Assembly: GCA_963789225.1 (NCBI GenBank)
Contig: CAWBKD010000005.1
Span: 223,641 to 287,640, forward strand
DNA from: an uncultured Actinomycetes bacterium
Lineage (GTDB): Bacteria > Actinomycetota > Actinomycetes > Streptosporangiales > Streptosporangiaceae
Direction: 5' to 3'
DNA: 64,000 bases
This document shows positions 25,253 to 34,952 of the stretch, one piece after another (within the stretch, counting starts at the first letter, position 1; every line of letters begins with the position of its first letter). The position numbers and the translations under genes are program-made. The notes below the pieces were generated by a model. That model saw nothing but the letters and a program-made list of their open reading frames with translations, was not told where the DNA came from and ran no database searches.

Positions 25253-27535
25253 ATGCGGCGCACCCTGTCCAGGGCCGCGTCGGTGGCTGCTGCGGCCGCT
25301 GTGCCAGCGGCGATCACCGCCGCCCTGCTGGCCCTGGCCACCACCCCGGCGCAGGCCCGCCCCGCGCACCCGGCGCTGGCGAGCGGCGTAACGGTAACCA
25401 TTGACTCGATGAGCCCGCGGTACGCCACGCCGGGCTCCACGGTCAGCGTTACGGGAACGGTCAGCAACGGCACGGCCCAGCCCAAGGCCGGGCTCCAGGT
25501 ACAGCTGTACACGTCATCGACGCCGTTCCCCACCCGCGACCAGATGGACGGGTACCTCAGCCAGGGCGACGACGGCGGCCTGGTGACCGCGGGGACCCCC
25601 TTCACCCTCACGGTCAGCCTGGCTCCCGAGACCACGGTCCAATGGCACGCCTCGTTCAACGTCACCACCGCAGGCATCACCACGTTCGGGGTCTACCCGG
25701 TCGCCGCGCAGGTCAGCGACACCGCCGGCAACGTGCTGGCGTCCGATCAGACGCTACTGCCCTTCTGGTCAGGGCGGCAGGCGGCAGGCCTGCAGCGCCC
25801 GCTGGCGATCGCCTGGGTCTGGCCGCTCATCGACCAGCCGCACCACGAGGTCTGCGCCGAGCCCGCGCCCGCCGACCTGCTGACCAACACCGACCTGGCG
25901 GCCAGCCTGACCCCGACGGGGCGCCTGTCCGCGCTGCTCGCGGCCGGGCAGGCCAACGCCGACGCCCGCCTGACCTGGGTCATCGACCCGGCCTTGCTCG
26001 GCGACGTGGAGACGATGACCCAGCCGTACCTGGTGGATCTGAGCTCCTCGTGCGCGGACCACAGCCACCAGCCGGCCAGCAAGGCGGCCACCGCCTGGCT
26101 CTCCGCCCTCCGGACCGTCACCTCGAGCCAGCCGACCGTGCTCACGCCGTACGCCGACGTGGACGTCTCTGCGCTCGTCCACAGCGGGCTGAACGCCGAC
26201 CTGACCAGCGCCTACACCACCGGATACGCGGTGGCAGAGCAGATCCTGCACCGGTCGTTCACCCCGTCGATCGCCGTCCCGGCCGGGGGGACCGCGGATA
26301 TCAGCGTGCTCACCACCCTCGCCACCGCCGAGCACATCAACACGGTGGTGCTGAACAGCAGCGAGATGCCGCCCTCGGACACCGCAGTGTTCGAGCCCGA
26401 CAACGCGATCACCTCGATCAGGACGCCGGCCGGCACGACCATGACCGTCCTGCTCGCGGACCCGGTCCTGACCAGCGTCCTGTCGGCGGGAGACACCGGC
26501 TCGGGCGTCGTCCCGCCGGGCACGCAGTTCGCGGTCAGCCAGCGATTCCTGGCCGAAACCGCGATGATCGCGGCCGAGGCCCCGGACTCGTCCCGCTCGA
26601 TCGTGGTGGCACCGCCGTCAGGCTGGAGCCCATCGGCCGCGCTGGCCGACGAGTTGCTCAGCGAGACCGTCCACGCGCCCTGGCTGACCCCGACCGCACT
26701 GGGCAGCCTGGCCCGGACGCCTGACACCTACGCCTCGGTAGCCCGCCAGTCCCCGCCGGGCAGGCGGGCCAGCCCCGGCGAGCTCAGCCGCAGCTACCTG
26801 AGCACGGTCAGCGCGGTCGATGCCGCACTCGGCGTGTACAAGTCGATGCTGTATCGCCCGGCCCCGTCCTACCTACAATCCCTGGACGAGGAACGCGCCG
26901 CCACCGAATCGTCGGCCTGGCGTGCCGACGGCGCGGGGCAAGGCCTGGCCCTGGCGTACAGCCTGTCCTCGTACCTGAGCGGCGAGGAAGACAAGGTCCA
27001 GATCGTCGTCTCGCCGCAGGTGTCGATGGGCGGCGCGTCCGGACAAATCCCCGTGTCGATCAGGAACGGGGGGAACAAGGCCATCGAGATCCAGCTCAGC
27101 GCCAGCGCGGACAACTCGCCCGACCGCCCCTCCCAGCTGACCTTCGGCCACGCGCGCAACCTGGTCACGGTCCCGCCCGGGCAGGCGGTGACGGTGCGGC
27201 TGCACGTCAGCTCGGCGCCGATCGGCTCCACGCTCATCCGCCTCAGCCTGACCAGCGCGAACGGGACACCGCTGACGTTTGCCGCCAAGTCATTCACCGT
27301 GGTGTCGACCAGGTACGGCCGCGCCATCTTGTTCCTCATCGGCGCCGCGATCGGCGTCCTCGTGCTGACCTCCGTCTACCGCGCCGTACGGCGGTGGTTG
27401 AACGCAGGCGGCCGGGTCACCGCCGAGGAAGCCGACCCAGCAGGTACCGTCGTGACAGGCACCAGTGGCGCGCGACACCCGACGGAGGCTCCGGATGACC
27501 TGGCCGAGGCACGACGCCGGGCCGACGACGCCTGA
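25253..27535 (+). CDS. DUF6049 family secreted protein with C-terminal TM anchor (Rv3909-like position upstream of murJ)
   Basis: ATG 25253 gives a signal peptide (MRRTLSRAASVAAAAAVPAAITAALLALATTPAQA). The product is ~760 aa and beta-rich, with a C-terminal helix ILFLIGAAIGVLVLTSVY. Position is conserved, divergent from cca and upstream of murJ. Confidence 0.8.
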   Translation: MRRTLSRAASVAAAAAVPAAITAALLALATTPAQARPAHPALASGVTVTIDSMSPRYATPGSTVSVTGTVSNGTAQPKAGLQVQLYTSSTPFPTRDQMDGYLSQGDDGGLVTAGTPFTLTVSLAPETTVQWHASFNVTTAGITTFGVYPVAAQVSDTAGNVLASDQTLLPFWSGRQAAGLQRPLAIAWVWPLIDQPHHEVCAEPAPADLLTNTDLAASLTPTGRLSALLAAGQANADARLTWVIDPALLGDVETMTQPYLVDLSSSCADHSHQPASKAATAWLSALRTVTSSQPTVLTPYADVDVSALVHSGLNADLTSAYTTGYAVAEQILHRSFTPSIAVPAGGTADISVLTTLATAEHINTVVLNSSEMPPSDTAVFEPDNAITSIRTPAGTTMTVLLADPVLTSVLSAGDTGSGVVPPGTQFAVSQRFLAETAMIAAEAPDSSRSIVVAPPSGWSPSAALADELLSETVHAPWLTPTALGSLARTPDTYASVARQSPPGRRASPGELSRSYLSTVSAVDAALGVYKSMLYRPAPSYLQSLDEERAATESSAWRADGAGQGLALAYSLSSYLSGEEDKVQIVVSPQVSMGGASGQIPVSIRNGGNKAIEIQLSASADNSPDRPSQLTFGHARNLVTVPPGQAVTVRLHVSSAPIGSTLIRLSLTSANGTPLTFAAKSFTVVSTRYGRAILFLIGAAIGVLVLTSVYRAVRRWLNAGGRVTAEEADPAGTVVTGTSGARHPTEAPDDLAEARRRADDA

Positions 27536-29609
27536 GCCGGGGCCCGGGGAGCCGGGTTCGGATGAGCTGGAGCGGTCCCGGCCCGGCTGGTACGCCGCGG
27601 ACGCTGATCCGCTGCCGCCGCTGGACGGCCCGATGCCGGGCGGCGGCCCCAGCCCGGCCGAGACGACACTGCCGCTCGCGCTCGAGTGGCCCGCCCCGCC
27701 TGCCCGGCCGCCCCGGGTCCCCCGGTTTACCCCGACAGCCCCGCCCGGTCCGGGCGGTCCCGGCGGCGCACCGCCCGGCTGGCGCCGTGTGCCCAGGCCC
27801 GCCGACTACCGGCCGCCGCCGGACGACCACAGGCCGAGGTACCCGCAGCCCGGATACCGGCCGCCCGCCGGGGCGCCGCCGCCCCCCGGCGCCCCGCCCC
27901 CCGGCGCCCCGCCCCCCGCCGGTCTGCCGGGAGGCCCGCGGCCTGCGCGGCCGACCGGGGCGCGCGCCGCCCCGCGGACCAGCCTGATCCGCTCCGGGGC
28001 CGGCATGGCGGTCGGCACCCTGGTCTCGCGGGGCACCGGATTCCTGCGCACACTCGTGCTGGTCTACGCGATCGGCATCAGCACGCTCGGCAACGCGTAC
28101 AACAACGCCAACACCCTGCCGAACACCGTGTACTACCTCATGCTCGGCGGCATCTTCACCAGCGTGGTGGTGCCGCTGCTGGTCAGGGCGGCCAAGCGCG
28201 ACCCGGACCACGGGGAAGCCTACGCACAGCGGATGTTCACCCTGGGCGCGGTGTCCCTGCTCGCGATCACGGTGATAGCCACGCTGGCGGCGGGGCCGCT
28301 GGTCGACCTGTACGCGCCGACCATCCACGGTCCCCCCGGCAGCCCGGACGCCGCCGAGCACCACCTCATGGTGGTGTGGGCCTACTTCTTCATCCCGCAG
28401 ATCTTCTTCTACGGCATGAGCTCGCTGATCGGGGCGATCCTGAACACCCGCGGCCGGTTCGCGGCGCCCATGTGGACGCCGGTCATCAACAACCTGGTCG
28501 TGATCGCCTTCGGCGCCCTCTACATAGTCACGGTCGGCCTGCGTAAGGATCCGCAGGACATCTCCTCGGCCGGGGTACAGCTGCTCGGCATCGGCACCAC
28601 GCTCGGCGTGGTCGCGCAGACCGTCGCGCTGTTCCCCTCGCTGCGGGGAGCCGGGTTCCGCTGGCGGCCGACGCTCGGGTTCAGGCCGGGCGAAGTCAAC
28701 GAGATGCGCCGGATGGCCGCCTGGATGTCGGTCTACGTGGTCTCTCAGTGGGCCGGGAACCTGATCGTCCAGATCGTCGCGAACACCTCGCCCGGGATAA
28801 ACGGCTACTCGGCGTACTCCATCGCGTGGCAGCTGTTCCAGCTGCCGTACGCGATCGTGGGCATCTCGGTGATCACCGCGCTGCTCCCGCGGATGAGCGA
28901 GCACGCGAGCTCCCGCCGGTATTCCCTGGTCAGGGACGACTTCTCGATCGGGGTCCGGCTGGCCTCGGTGATCGTGGTCCCCGCCGCCCTCTACCTCGGC
29001 CTGCTCGGCGGCCCGCTCGCTGAGTTCCTGCTCCCCTACGGCAGCGCCGCCGACCCCGCCCACGCCAGGTACGTCGGCGAGGTTTTCGGCCTGTTCTCCC
29101 TCGGCCTGGTCCCCTACATGCTGACCCAGCTCCAGCTGCGGGTCTTCTACTCGTTCCAGGACAGCCGGACCGCCGCCTTCGTCGGCCTGCTCACCATGGG
29201 CATCAGCATCGCGGCCGACTACGTCGCGCTGTCCATCCTGCCCCGCCTGGACGTGGTGGCCGGCCTGGCCGTCGCGTACGGGATCGCCAACCTGGCCGGG
29301 GCGATAACCGGCTGGGCGCTGCTCCTGCGCCGGGTGGGCAGCCTGGACGGTTGGGCGATCGCCCGGAGCCTGTCCCGGATGCACCTGGCGACCGTGCCGG
29401 GCCTGGCCTTCGCGCTGATCGTCATGGTCGGCGCGGGTCACGTCGTGCATGACCCCAGCTCGACCTACGGCCTGGTGGTCACCGTCGTGGGCGGCGGGGG
29501 GGCGGTCTTGCTGTACGCGCTCAGCGCCAGGGCGCTGCGGGTGGCCGAGTTCGGGTTCGTGGCCCGGACAATTGCGGCAAAGTTCGGCGGCCCGGGCAGG
29601 CGGCACTAG
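27495..29609 (+). CDS. murJ: lipid II flippase MurJ (MviN) with a ~165-aa Pro-rich N-terminal extension
   Basis: GGAGG lies 5 nt before ATG 27495. The MurJ core starts at SLIRSGAGMAVGTLVSRGTGFLRTLVLVYAIG...NAYNNANTLPNTVYYLMLGGIF and has 14 TM helices. Confidence 0.9.
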   Translation: MTWPRHDAGPTTPEPGPGEPGSDELERSRPGWYAADADPLPPLDGPMPGGGPSPAETTLPLALEWPAPPARPPRVPRFTPTAPPGPGGPGGAPPGWRRVPRPADYRPPPDDHRPRYPQPGYRPPAGAPPPPGAPPPGAPPPAGLPGGPRPARPTGARAAPRTSLIRSGAGMAVGTLVSRGTGFLRTLVLVYAIGISTLGNAYNNANTLPNTVYYLMLGGIFTSVVVPLLVRAAKRDPDHGEAYAQRMFTLGAVSLLAITVIATLAAGPLVDLYAPTIHGPPGSPDAAEHHLMVVWAYFFIPQIFFYGMSSLIGAILNTRGRFAAPMWTPVINNLVVIAFGALYIVTVGLRKDPQDISSAGVQLLGIGTTLGVVAQTVALFPSLRGAGFRWRPTLGFRPGEVNEMRRMAAWMSVYVVSQWAGNLIVQIVANTSPGINGYSAYSIAWQLFQLPYAIVGISVITALLPRMSEHASSRRYSLVRDDFSIGVRLASVIVVPAALYLGLLGGPLAEFLLPYGSAADPAHARYVGEVFGLFSLGLVPYMLTQLQLRVFYSFQDSRTAAFVGLLTMGISIAADYVALSILPRLDVVAGLAVAYGIANLAGAITGWALLLRRVGSLDGWAIARSLSRMHLATVPGLAFALIVMVGAGHVVHDPSSTYGLVVTVVGGGGAVLLYALSARALRVAEFGFVARTIAAKFGGPGRRH
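27870..27922 (+). repeat. tandem Pro-codon repeat (unit about ccccccggcgccccg) in the murJ 5' region
   Basis: The sequence ggggcgccgccgccccccggcgccccgccccccggcgccccgccccccgccgg encodes GAPPPPGAPPPGAPPPAG. Confidence 0.8.
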
Positions 29610-29624
29610 CATGGGGTTCTACCT

Positions 29625-31280
29625 ATGAGCACCTACACGTCGGAACCAGGGACCCGGCTCGCGGGGCGGTACCTCCTCGTTGACCAGGCGATCGGGGGGA
29701 CCGACTGGACGTACTGGAAAGCGATCGACGAGACCCTCGCTCGCTCCGTCACCGTGCTCACGTTCGCGGCGGGCTTCGACCGGGCGGCCGAGGTCGTCGC
29801 GGCGGCCAGGGCGGCCAGCAGGCTGAACGATCCGCGGTTCTCCCAGGTCTTCGACGTGGAAGACGCCGACGGGTCCGCGTACGTGGTCCTGGAGTGGGTT
29901 GCCAGCGATTCGCTGCTCGACATGCTCGCCGACGGCCCCCTCGATCCGCCGCGTGCCGTCTCGCTGATCTCCGAGGCCGCGCAGGCGCTCGCGGCCGCGC
30001 ACGCCAGCGGGCTCGCCCACCTGCGGCTCGATCCGGCGTGCGTACACTGGACGCCCCGCGGCGGGATCAAGATCACCGGGCTGGGCGTCGCCGCCGTCCT
30101 GACCGGCGCCCAGACCTCCGCGGACGACGGGGAAGACCCCGAACTGGCCGACACCCGCGGGCTCGCGAGATTGCTCTACGCGGCCCTGACCGGGTACTGG
30201 CCGGAGCCCGGGGGGTACAGCCGGGCGTTCGGACCCGGCGATGCGCCCGAGTCCGAGTCAGACCACGCATCGGTCGTGCTCCTGGCCGCGCCGCAGGCCG
30301 ACGGCCTGCCGTGCACGCCGCACCAGGTGTCGGCGGACGTGCCGACGAATATCGACGCTCTGACCTGCCAGGCGCTGTTCCAGCGACCGAGCCGCCACGG
30401 CCCGGCGCTGAGCACTCCCACGAAATTCGCCGATGCTCTGGCCAGCGTTGCCCCGCCCGCGCCGCTCCCGGTTCCCGCGCCCGCCACGGCGCCTGTCCGC
30501 CAGCCCGCTCCCGGCCGGGCGCCGAGATACCAGCCGACCGGCCCCGCCGACGATTACCCGGCCGCCGATCAGGCCCGGACCACCCTCGACGAGCAAGCCT
30601 ACCGCCAGCCCCGGACCCCGAGGCGCTCCCCGCCGAGCAGGGCCATCCTCGCCGTCGTGATCGGGGTGGTCCTGGTCGCGGCGGGCGTAATCGGCTGGTC
30701 CCTCAGCCACCGGGGCAGCCACTCGGGCTCTCCGCAGGCCTCCGGCCAGACCTCGTCGTCCTCGTCATCGTCCGCGCCGGACACCGCGGCCTCGAACGTG
30801 CTCAGGCCGGTCGGCGCGAACAGCTTCGACCCTCTCGGCAGCAGCGGGAACGAGAACGGCAACGAGGCGAAGTACGCGATCGACAACAACCCCAGCACCT
30901 TCTGGCACACCGACTTCTACGACGACTATCCGACCTTCGGGAACCTCAAGACGGGCACCGGGCTCATCCTCGACATGGGCGGGCCGGTCCGGCTCAGCCA
31001 GGTGGTCGTCCAGTTCGGCACGATCTGCTGCGCTCACGTCGAGATCGAGATCGGCAACGATAACAGCCCGTCCTCGGCCACGCTCAGCACGTTCACCCAG
31101 GTGCAGAGCTCCGATAACGCCGTCGGCAGCACCACCTTCGACGTGACGAGCCAGGCGACCGGCCGCTACGTGCTGATCTGGATCACCTACCTCCCGCGGC
31201 TGGCCGGATCCTCGAATCAGTACGAGGCGCTGATCTACAACGTCGTGGTCCACGGCTTGCCCGTGAGCCAGTCTGGTTGA
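29625..31280 (+). CDS. MviN-associated pseudokinase with TM helix and extracellular F5/8 type C (discoidin)-like domain
   Basis: A kinase-like fold is present (RLAGRYLLVDQAIGGTDWTYWKAIDE...), but HRDLKP is replaced by HLRLDP and DFG by GLG. Then come a Pro-rich linker, TM helix AILAVVIGVVLVAAGVIGW, and KYAIDNNPSTFWHTDFY...GLILDMGGPVRLSQVVV. Confidence 0.85.
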   Translation: MSTYTSEPGTRLAGRYLLVDQAIGGTDWTYWKAIDETLARSVTVLTFAAGFDRAAEVVAAARAASRLNDPRFSQVFDVEDADGSAYVVLEWVASDSLLDMLADGPLDPPRAVSLISEAAQALAAAHASGLAHLRLDPACVHWTPRGGIKITGLGVAAVLTGAQTSADDGEDPELADTRGLARLLYAALTGYWPEPGGYSRAFGPGDAPESESDHASVVLLAAPQADGLPCTPHQVSADVPTNIDALTCQALFQRPSRHGPALSTPTKFADALASVAPPAPLPVPAPATAPVRQPAPGRAPRYQPTGPADDYPAADQARTTLDEQAYRQPRTPRRSPPSRAILAVVIGVVLVAAGVIGWSLSHRGSHSGSPQASGQTSSSSSSSAPDTAASNVLRPVGANSFDPLGSSGNENGNEAKYAIDNNPSTFWHTDFYDDYPTFGNLKTGTGLILDMGGPVRLSQVVVQFGTICCAHVEIEIGNDNSPSSATLSTFTQVQSSDNAVGSTTFDVTSQATGRYVLIWITYLPRLAGSSNQYEALIYNVVVHGLPVSQSG

Positions 31281-31286
31281 TGGCAC

Positions 31287-31895
31287 ATGCCGGGCGCCGA
31301 CGGGCCGCCTTCGGACGCTGAGCTCCTGCGCCGGCACGTAGCAGGAGATAGCGAAGCGTTCGGCGAGCTCTTCCGCAGGCACCGCGACCGGTTGTGGGCG
31401 GTCGCGCTCCGGACCGTAGGTGATCCCGAGGAGGCCGGCGATGCCCTCCAGGACGCGATGATCTCCGCGTTCCGCCGGGCCGGAGATTTCCGCGGCGACT
31501 CCGCCGTCACCACCTGGCTGCACCGGATCGTGGTGAACGCCTGCCTCGACCGACTGCGCCGCAAGGCCGCCCGGCCCGCCGTATCGGCGGGCGACGAGCA
31601 GGCCTTCGAGGCCCTGGTGGCGCAGGACTCCGATCCCGCCAGGACCACCGATACCCGGCTGGACATCAACGCCGCGCTGCAGATCCTCCCCCCGCAGCAG
31701 CGGGCCGCCCTCCTGGTCGTCGACATGCTGGGTTTCTCCGTGGCCGACGCGGCGATCATCCTCGAGACGTCCCAGGGCACGGTGAAAAGCCGGTGTGCCC
31801 GGGCCCGGGCCCGGCTGCTCCCCCATGTAGCGCACCTGCGAGGGAACCGATCGGCGAGTGAGAGCGTCTCACCTGCGCAGGGAGGAGACGCATGA
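31287..31895 (+). CDS. ECF RNA polymerase sigma factor (SigM-like by synteny)
   Basis: The region 2 motif is AFGELFRRHRDRLWAVALRTVGDPEEAGDALQDAMISAFR...TWLHRIVVNACLDRLRR. The region 4 motif is LPPQQRAALLVVDMLGFSVADAAIILETSQGTVKSRCARAR. Confidence 0.9.
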   Translation: MPGADGPPSDAELLRRHVAGDSEAFGELFRRHRDRLWAVALRTVGDPEEAGDALQDAMISAFRRAGDFRGDSAVTTWLHRIVVNACLDRLRRKAARPAVSAGDEQAFEALVAQDSDPARTTDTRLDINAALQILPPQQRAALLVVDMLGFSVADAAIILETSQGTVKSRCARARARLLPHVAHLRGNRSASESVSPAQGGDA

Positions 31896-32779
31896 GGCGG
31901 CAGACGAGCCACCTGGACGCCGATGTCCTGGCCGAGTTCCGCGCGGGGCTCATCACCGGGCGCCGTCGGCGTGCCATCGCCGCGCACCTGACCGATTGCG
32001 CGCGCTGCACCGCCGCCGACGGTCAGCTGGCCGAGCTCTCCGCCCTCCTCGCCGCCATCCCGGCCCCGGTCATGCCCGACAGCGTGGCGCAGCGCCTCGA
32101 TGCGGCGCTCGCTGCCGAAGTAGCGCATAAGGATGAAGCCGAACGAGCGGTGGCTCACCATTCGCGACGCAGGCGGGCCCCACGACCGGCGCGGCGGCCC
32201 ACCCTGCAGCTCGTGATGATGCGAGTGCTCGTCCCGGCCGCCGCCGTGGTGATACTCGCCGCGGGCGGGTACGGGCTCAGCCTCATCGGCGGTCACTCGT
32301 CCTCCTCTTCCTCGGCCACGGCCGGATCGGCCGCGGAACCGGCCGCAGCGTCCGCGGTGCCCTCCGCGGCGCAGGCGAACGGCCTGACCGCGCCCAGCGC
32401 GTCGGGCCGCGCCGCGAACCCGGGCATCCAGAAGTCGGCCCTCGGCCTGGTGCCGGAGGGCATCGACTTCCTGCCCGCCACGCTCAGGTCACAACTGGAA
32501 GCCGTGCTGCGGGCGCCGGCGGCAACGCGCTCGGCACCGCGCTCCTCCGAGCCGCTCGGGGCCTGCGTGGTACGGCTGGCCAGCGGCGTCAGCCCGGGAA
32601 CCGTGAAGCTGGTGGAGAGCGCCTATTATCAGGGCCGGCCGGCCATCGTCATCATCGTGTCCAGCGGCAGCGGTTATCTGGCCTGGGTGGTGACCCCCGG
32701 CTGGGTGGCCCCGGGCTGCTCGGCCACCGGCGCCGGCGTGCTCGCCAGGACGACGCTCCCGGGAATCTCCGCGCCCTAG
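31892..32779 (+). CDS. anti-sigma factor (zf-HC2, single-pass membrane)
   Basis: ATGA overlap with the sigma gene. It has an HLTDCARC zinc motif, TM helix VLVPAAAVVILAAGGYGL, and an extracytoplasmic C-terminal domain. Confidence 0.8.
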   Translation: MRRQTSHLDADVLAEFRAGLITGRRRRAIAAHLTDCARCTAADGQLAELSALLAAIPAPVMPDSVAQRLDAALAAEVAHKDEAERAVAHHSRRRRAPRPARRPTLQLVMMRVLVPAAAVVILAAGGYGLSLIGGHSSSSSSATAGSAAEPAAASAVPSAAQANGLTAPSASGRAANPGIQKSALGLVPEGIDFLPATLRSQLEAVLRAPAATRSAPRSSEPLGACVVRLASGVSPGTVKLVESAYYQGRPAIVIIVSSGSGYLAWVVTPGWVAPGCSATGAGVLARTTLPGISAP

Positions 32780-32821
32780 GATCGGTTCACTGGTATGCCA
32801 GTCAGAAGGGGTTGATGAGGG

Positions 32822-33763
32822 TTGGCAGAGGTGACCGAGGTCCGGGACGTTATCGTCATCGGATCGGGCCCGGCCGGATATACGGCTGCCCTGTACGCCG
32901 CGCGCGCGCAGCTGCGGCCCCTGGTGTTTGAGGGGTCGGTGACCGCGGGCGGTGCGCTCATGCAGACCACCGACGTGGAGAACTTCCCCGGGTTCCCCGA
33001 CGCCATCATGGGCCCGGAGCTGATGGACTCGATGCGCAAGCAGGCCGAGCACTTCGGGGCTGAGCTCATCCCTGACGACGTAACCGCGGTCGACCTGGCC
33101 GCGAGCCCCAAGGTCGTCAGGACCGACGGCGAGACCTACCTGGCCAAGACCGTGATCATCGCCACCGGCTCCCGGTACAAGGAGCTGGGCGTGCCGGGCG
33201 AGAAGGAGCTCGGCGGGCACGGCGTCTCGTGGTGCGCCACCTGTGACGGGTTCTTCTTCCGCGGTCACGACATCGCGGTCGTCGGCGGCGGCGACTCGGC
33301 GATGGAAGAGGCGCTGTTCCTTACCAGGTTCGGCAAGTCGGTGACCGTGATCCACCGCCGCGACACGCTCCGGGCCTCGAAGATCATGCAGGAGCGCGCG
33401 CTGGCCAACCCCAGGATCACGTTCCTGTGGAACAGCGAGGTGGCCGAGGTCCTCGGCGCGGAGAAGGTGACCGGCCTGCTGATCCGGAGCACCAAGGACG
33501 GCACGGAACACGTGCTGCCCGTGACCGGCCTGTTCGTCGCGATCGGGCACGATCCGCGGTCTGAGCTGTTCTCCGGGCAGCTGGCCATGGACCCCGAGGG
33601 CTACCTGCTGGTCGACCAGCCTTCGACGCGCACGGCCATCGAGGGCGTGTTCGCCTGCGGCGACGTGGTCGACCACACGTACCGGCAGGCCGTGACCGCG
33701 GCCGGGACGGGTTGCGCGGCCGCCCTTGACGCGGAGCGCTGGCTGGCGAGCAAGGAACACTGA
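32822..33763 (+). CDS. trxB: thioredoxin-disulfide reductase
   Basis: [21 protein letters not shown] and the redox centre WCATCDG, plus [16 protein letters not shown]. The alternative start is GTG 32831. Confidence 0.95.
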   Translation: MAEVTEVRDVIVIGSGPAGYTAALYAARAQLRPLVFEGSVTAGGALMQTTDVENFPGFPDAIMGPELMDSMRKQAEHFGAELIPDDVTAVDLAASPKVVRTDGETYLAKTVIIATGSRYKELGVPGEKELGGHGVSWCATCDGFFFRGHDIAVVGGGDSAMEEALFLTRFGKSVTVIHRRDTLRASKIMQERALANPRITFLWNSEVAEVLGAEKVTGLLIRSTKDGTEHVLPVTGLFVAIGHDPRSELFSGQLAMDPEGYLLVDQPSTRTAIEGVFACGDVVDHTYRQAVTAAGTGCAAALDAERWLASKEH

Positions 33764-33816
33764 CACCGCCTGCGGGACAGGAATTACCCAGAACAAGCAA
33801 AGGGATGTGATCGCCA

Positions 33817-34140
33817 GTGGGCGCGACCAAGGTCGTGACGGACGCGAACTTCGAGACGGAGGTCCTGCAGAGCGATAAGCCCGTCATCGTCGATTACTGG
33901 GCCGAGTGGTGCGGTCCGTGCCGCATGGTCGCCCCGGTCCTCGAGGAGATCGCGGCCGAGTACGCGGACAAGATCGATGTCGTCAAGCTCAACATCGACC
34001 AGAACCCCGGCACGTCGCAGCGCTACGGGATCATGGCCATCCCGACCATGAACGTGTTCTCCGGCGGCGAGGTCGTCAAGCAGATCGTCGGCGCCAAGCC
34101 GAAGTCGGCCCTGCTCCGCGAGCTCGCCGAGTTCCTCTGA
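33817..34140 (+). CDS. trxA: thioredoxin
   Basis: PVIVDYWAEWCGPCRMVAPVLEEIA...YGIMAIPTMNVF. GTG start. Confidence 0.95.
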   Translation: MGATKVVTDANFETEVLQSDKPVIVDYWAEWCGPCRMVAPVLEEIAAEYADKIDVVKLNIDQNPGTSQRYGIMAIPTMNVFSGGEVVKQIVGAKPKSALLRELAEFL

Positions 34141-34154
34141 TCCGGATCCGGACG

Positions 34155-34180
34155 AGGCCGGCCTTCCCGGGGGCCGACCT
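34155..34180. terminator. GC-rich hairpin between convergent trxA and the GNAT gene
   Basis: AGGCCGGCC-ttcccggg-GGCCGACCT forms a 9-bp stem with one mismatch. There is no U-tract, so the terminator role is tentative. Confidence 0.3.
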
Positions 34181-34824
34181 TACGGCTGCGACGCCGCCGA
34201 GACGGGGCGCAGCGCCCCCTGCGTCGCGGCCGGGGTCATCGAGCCGAGCAGGCGCTCAAGCGCCACTTCGACGTCTTCCCGCCAGGTCAGGACGGTTCGC
34301 AGGTCCATCCGCAGCCGCGGGTAGTGGTGATGCGGGCGGATCGTCTTGAACCCCACGGCCAGCAGGTAATCCACCGGCAGCACGCAGGCGGGCGATTCCC
34401 AGCGCCGGTCACCGAACGCCTCGATCGCCTTCACACCGCGCCGGGTCAGGTCCTTGGCCATCGTCTGGACGAGCATCCGGCCGATGCCCCCGCCGGCGAA
34501 CTCGCTGAGCAGGTGCGCGGTCATCAGCAGGACCGCGTCGGCGCTCACCGGGCTGGTGGGAAAGGCGATCGAGCGGGGAACGTACTGCGGCGGCGCGAAG
34601 AGCATGTACCCGGCCGGGACGCCATCGACGTACGCGATCTTGCCGCAGCTGCCCCACTCCAGCAGCACCGATGAGACCCAGGACTCCTTCTCGAGTCCCG
34701 GGTCGCCGCTTTCTTCGGCCCGGGCCTTGCTAACCGGGTCGAGTTCCCAGAAGACACACGTGCGGCATTTCGGCGGCAAATCGCCGAGATTGTCCAGCGT
34801 GATATTGGCGATACGGCGCGACAT
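34180..34824 (-). CDS. GNAT family N-acetyltransferase
   Basis: 214 aa. The acetyl-CoA motif region reads LLSEFAGGGIGRMLVQTMAKDLTRRGVKAIEAFG. The N-terminus has CRTCVFWELD. Confidence 0.8.
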   Translation of the reverse strand: MSRRIANITLDNLGDLPPKCRTCVFWELDPVSKARAEESGDPGLEKESWVSSVLLEWGSCGKIAYVDGVPAGYMLFAPPQYVPRSIAFPTSPVSADAVLLMTAHLLSEFAGGGIGRMLVQTMAKDLTRRGVKAIEAFGDRRWESPACVLPVDYLLAVGFKTIRPHHHYPRLRMDLRTVLTWREDVEVALERLLGSMTPAATQGALRPVSAASQP

Positions 34825-34952
34825 CCTGTTTCCCGGCAGACCGTTCCCCGGCAGAATCCATAACCGTTAACGGGAGATACCCCTTATCCTGGCATGGTAC
34901 TCGGGGGGGTCGTCCCCTGGACACGAAAGCTCAAGGGACTCGGGGAGAGACC

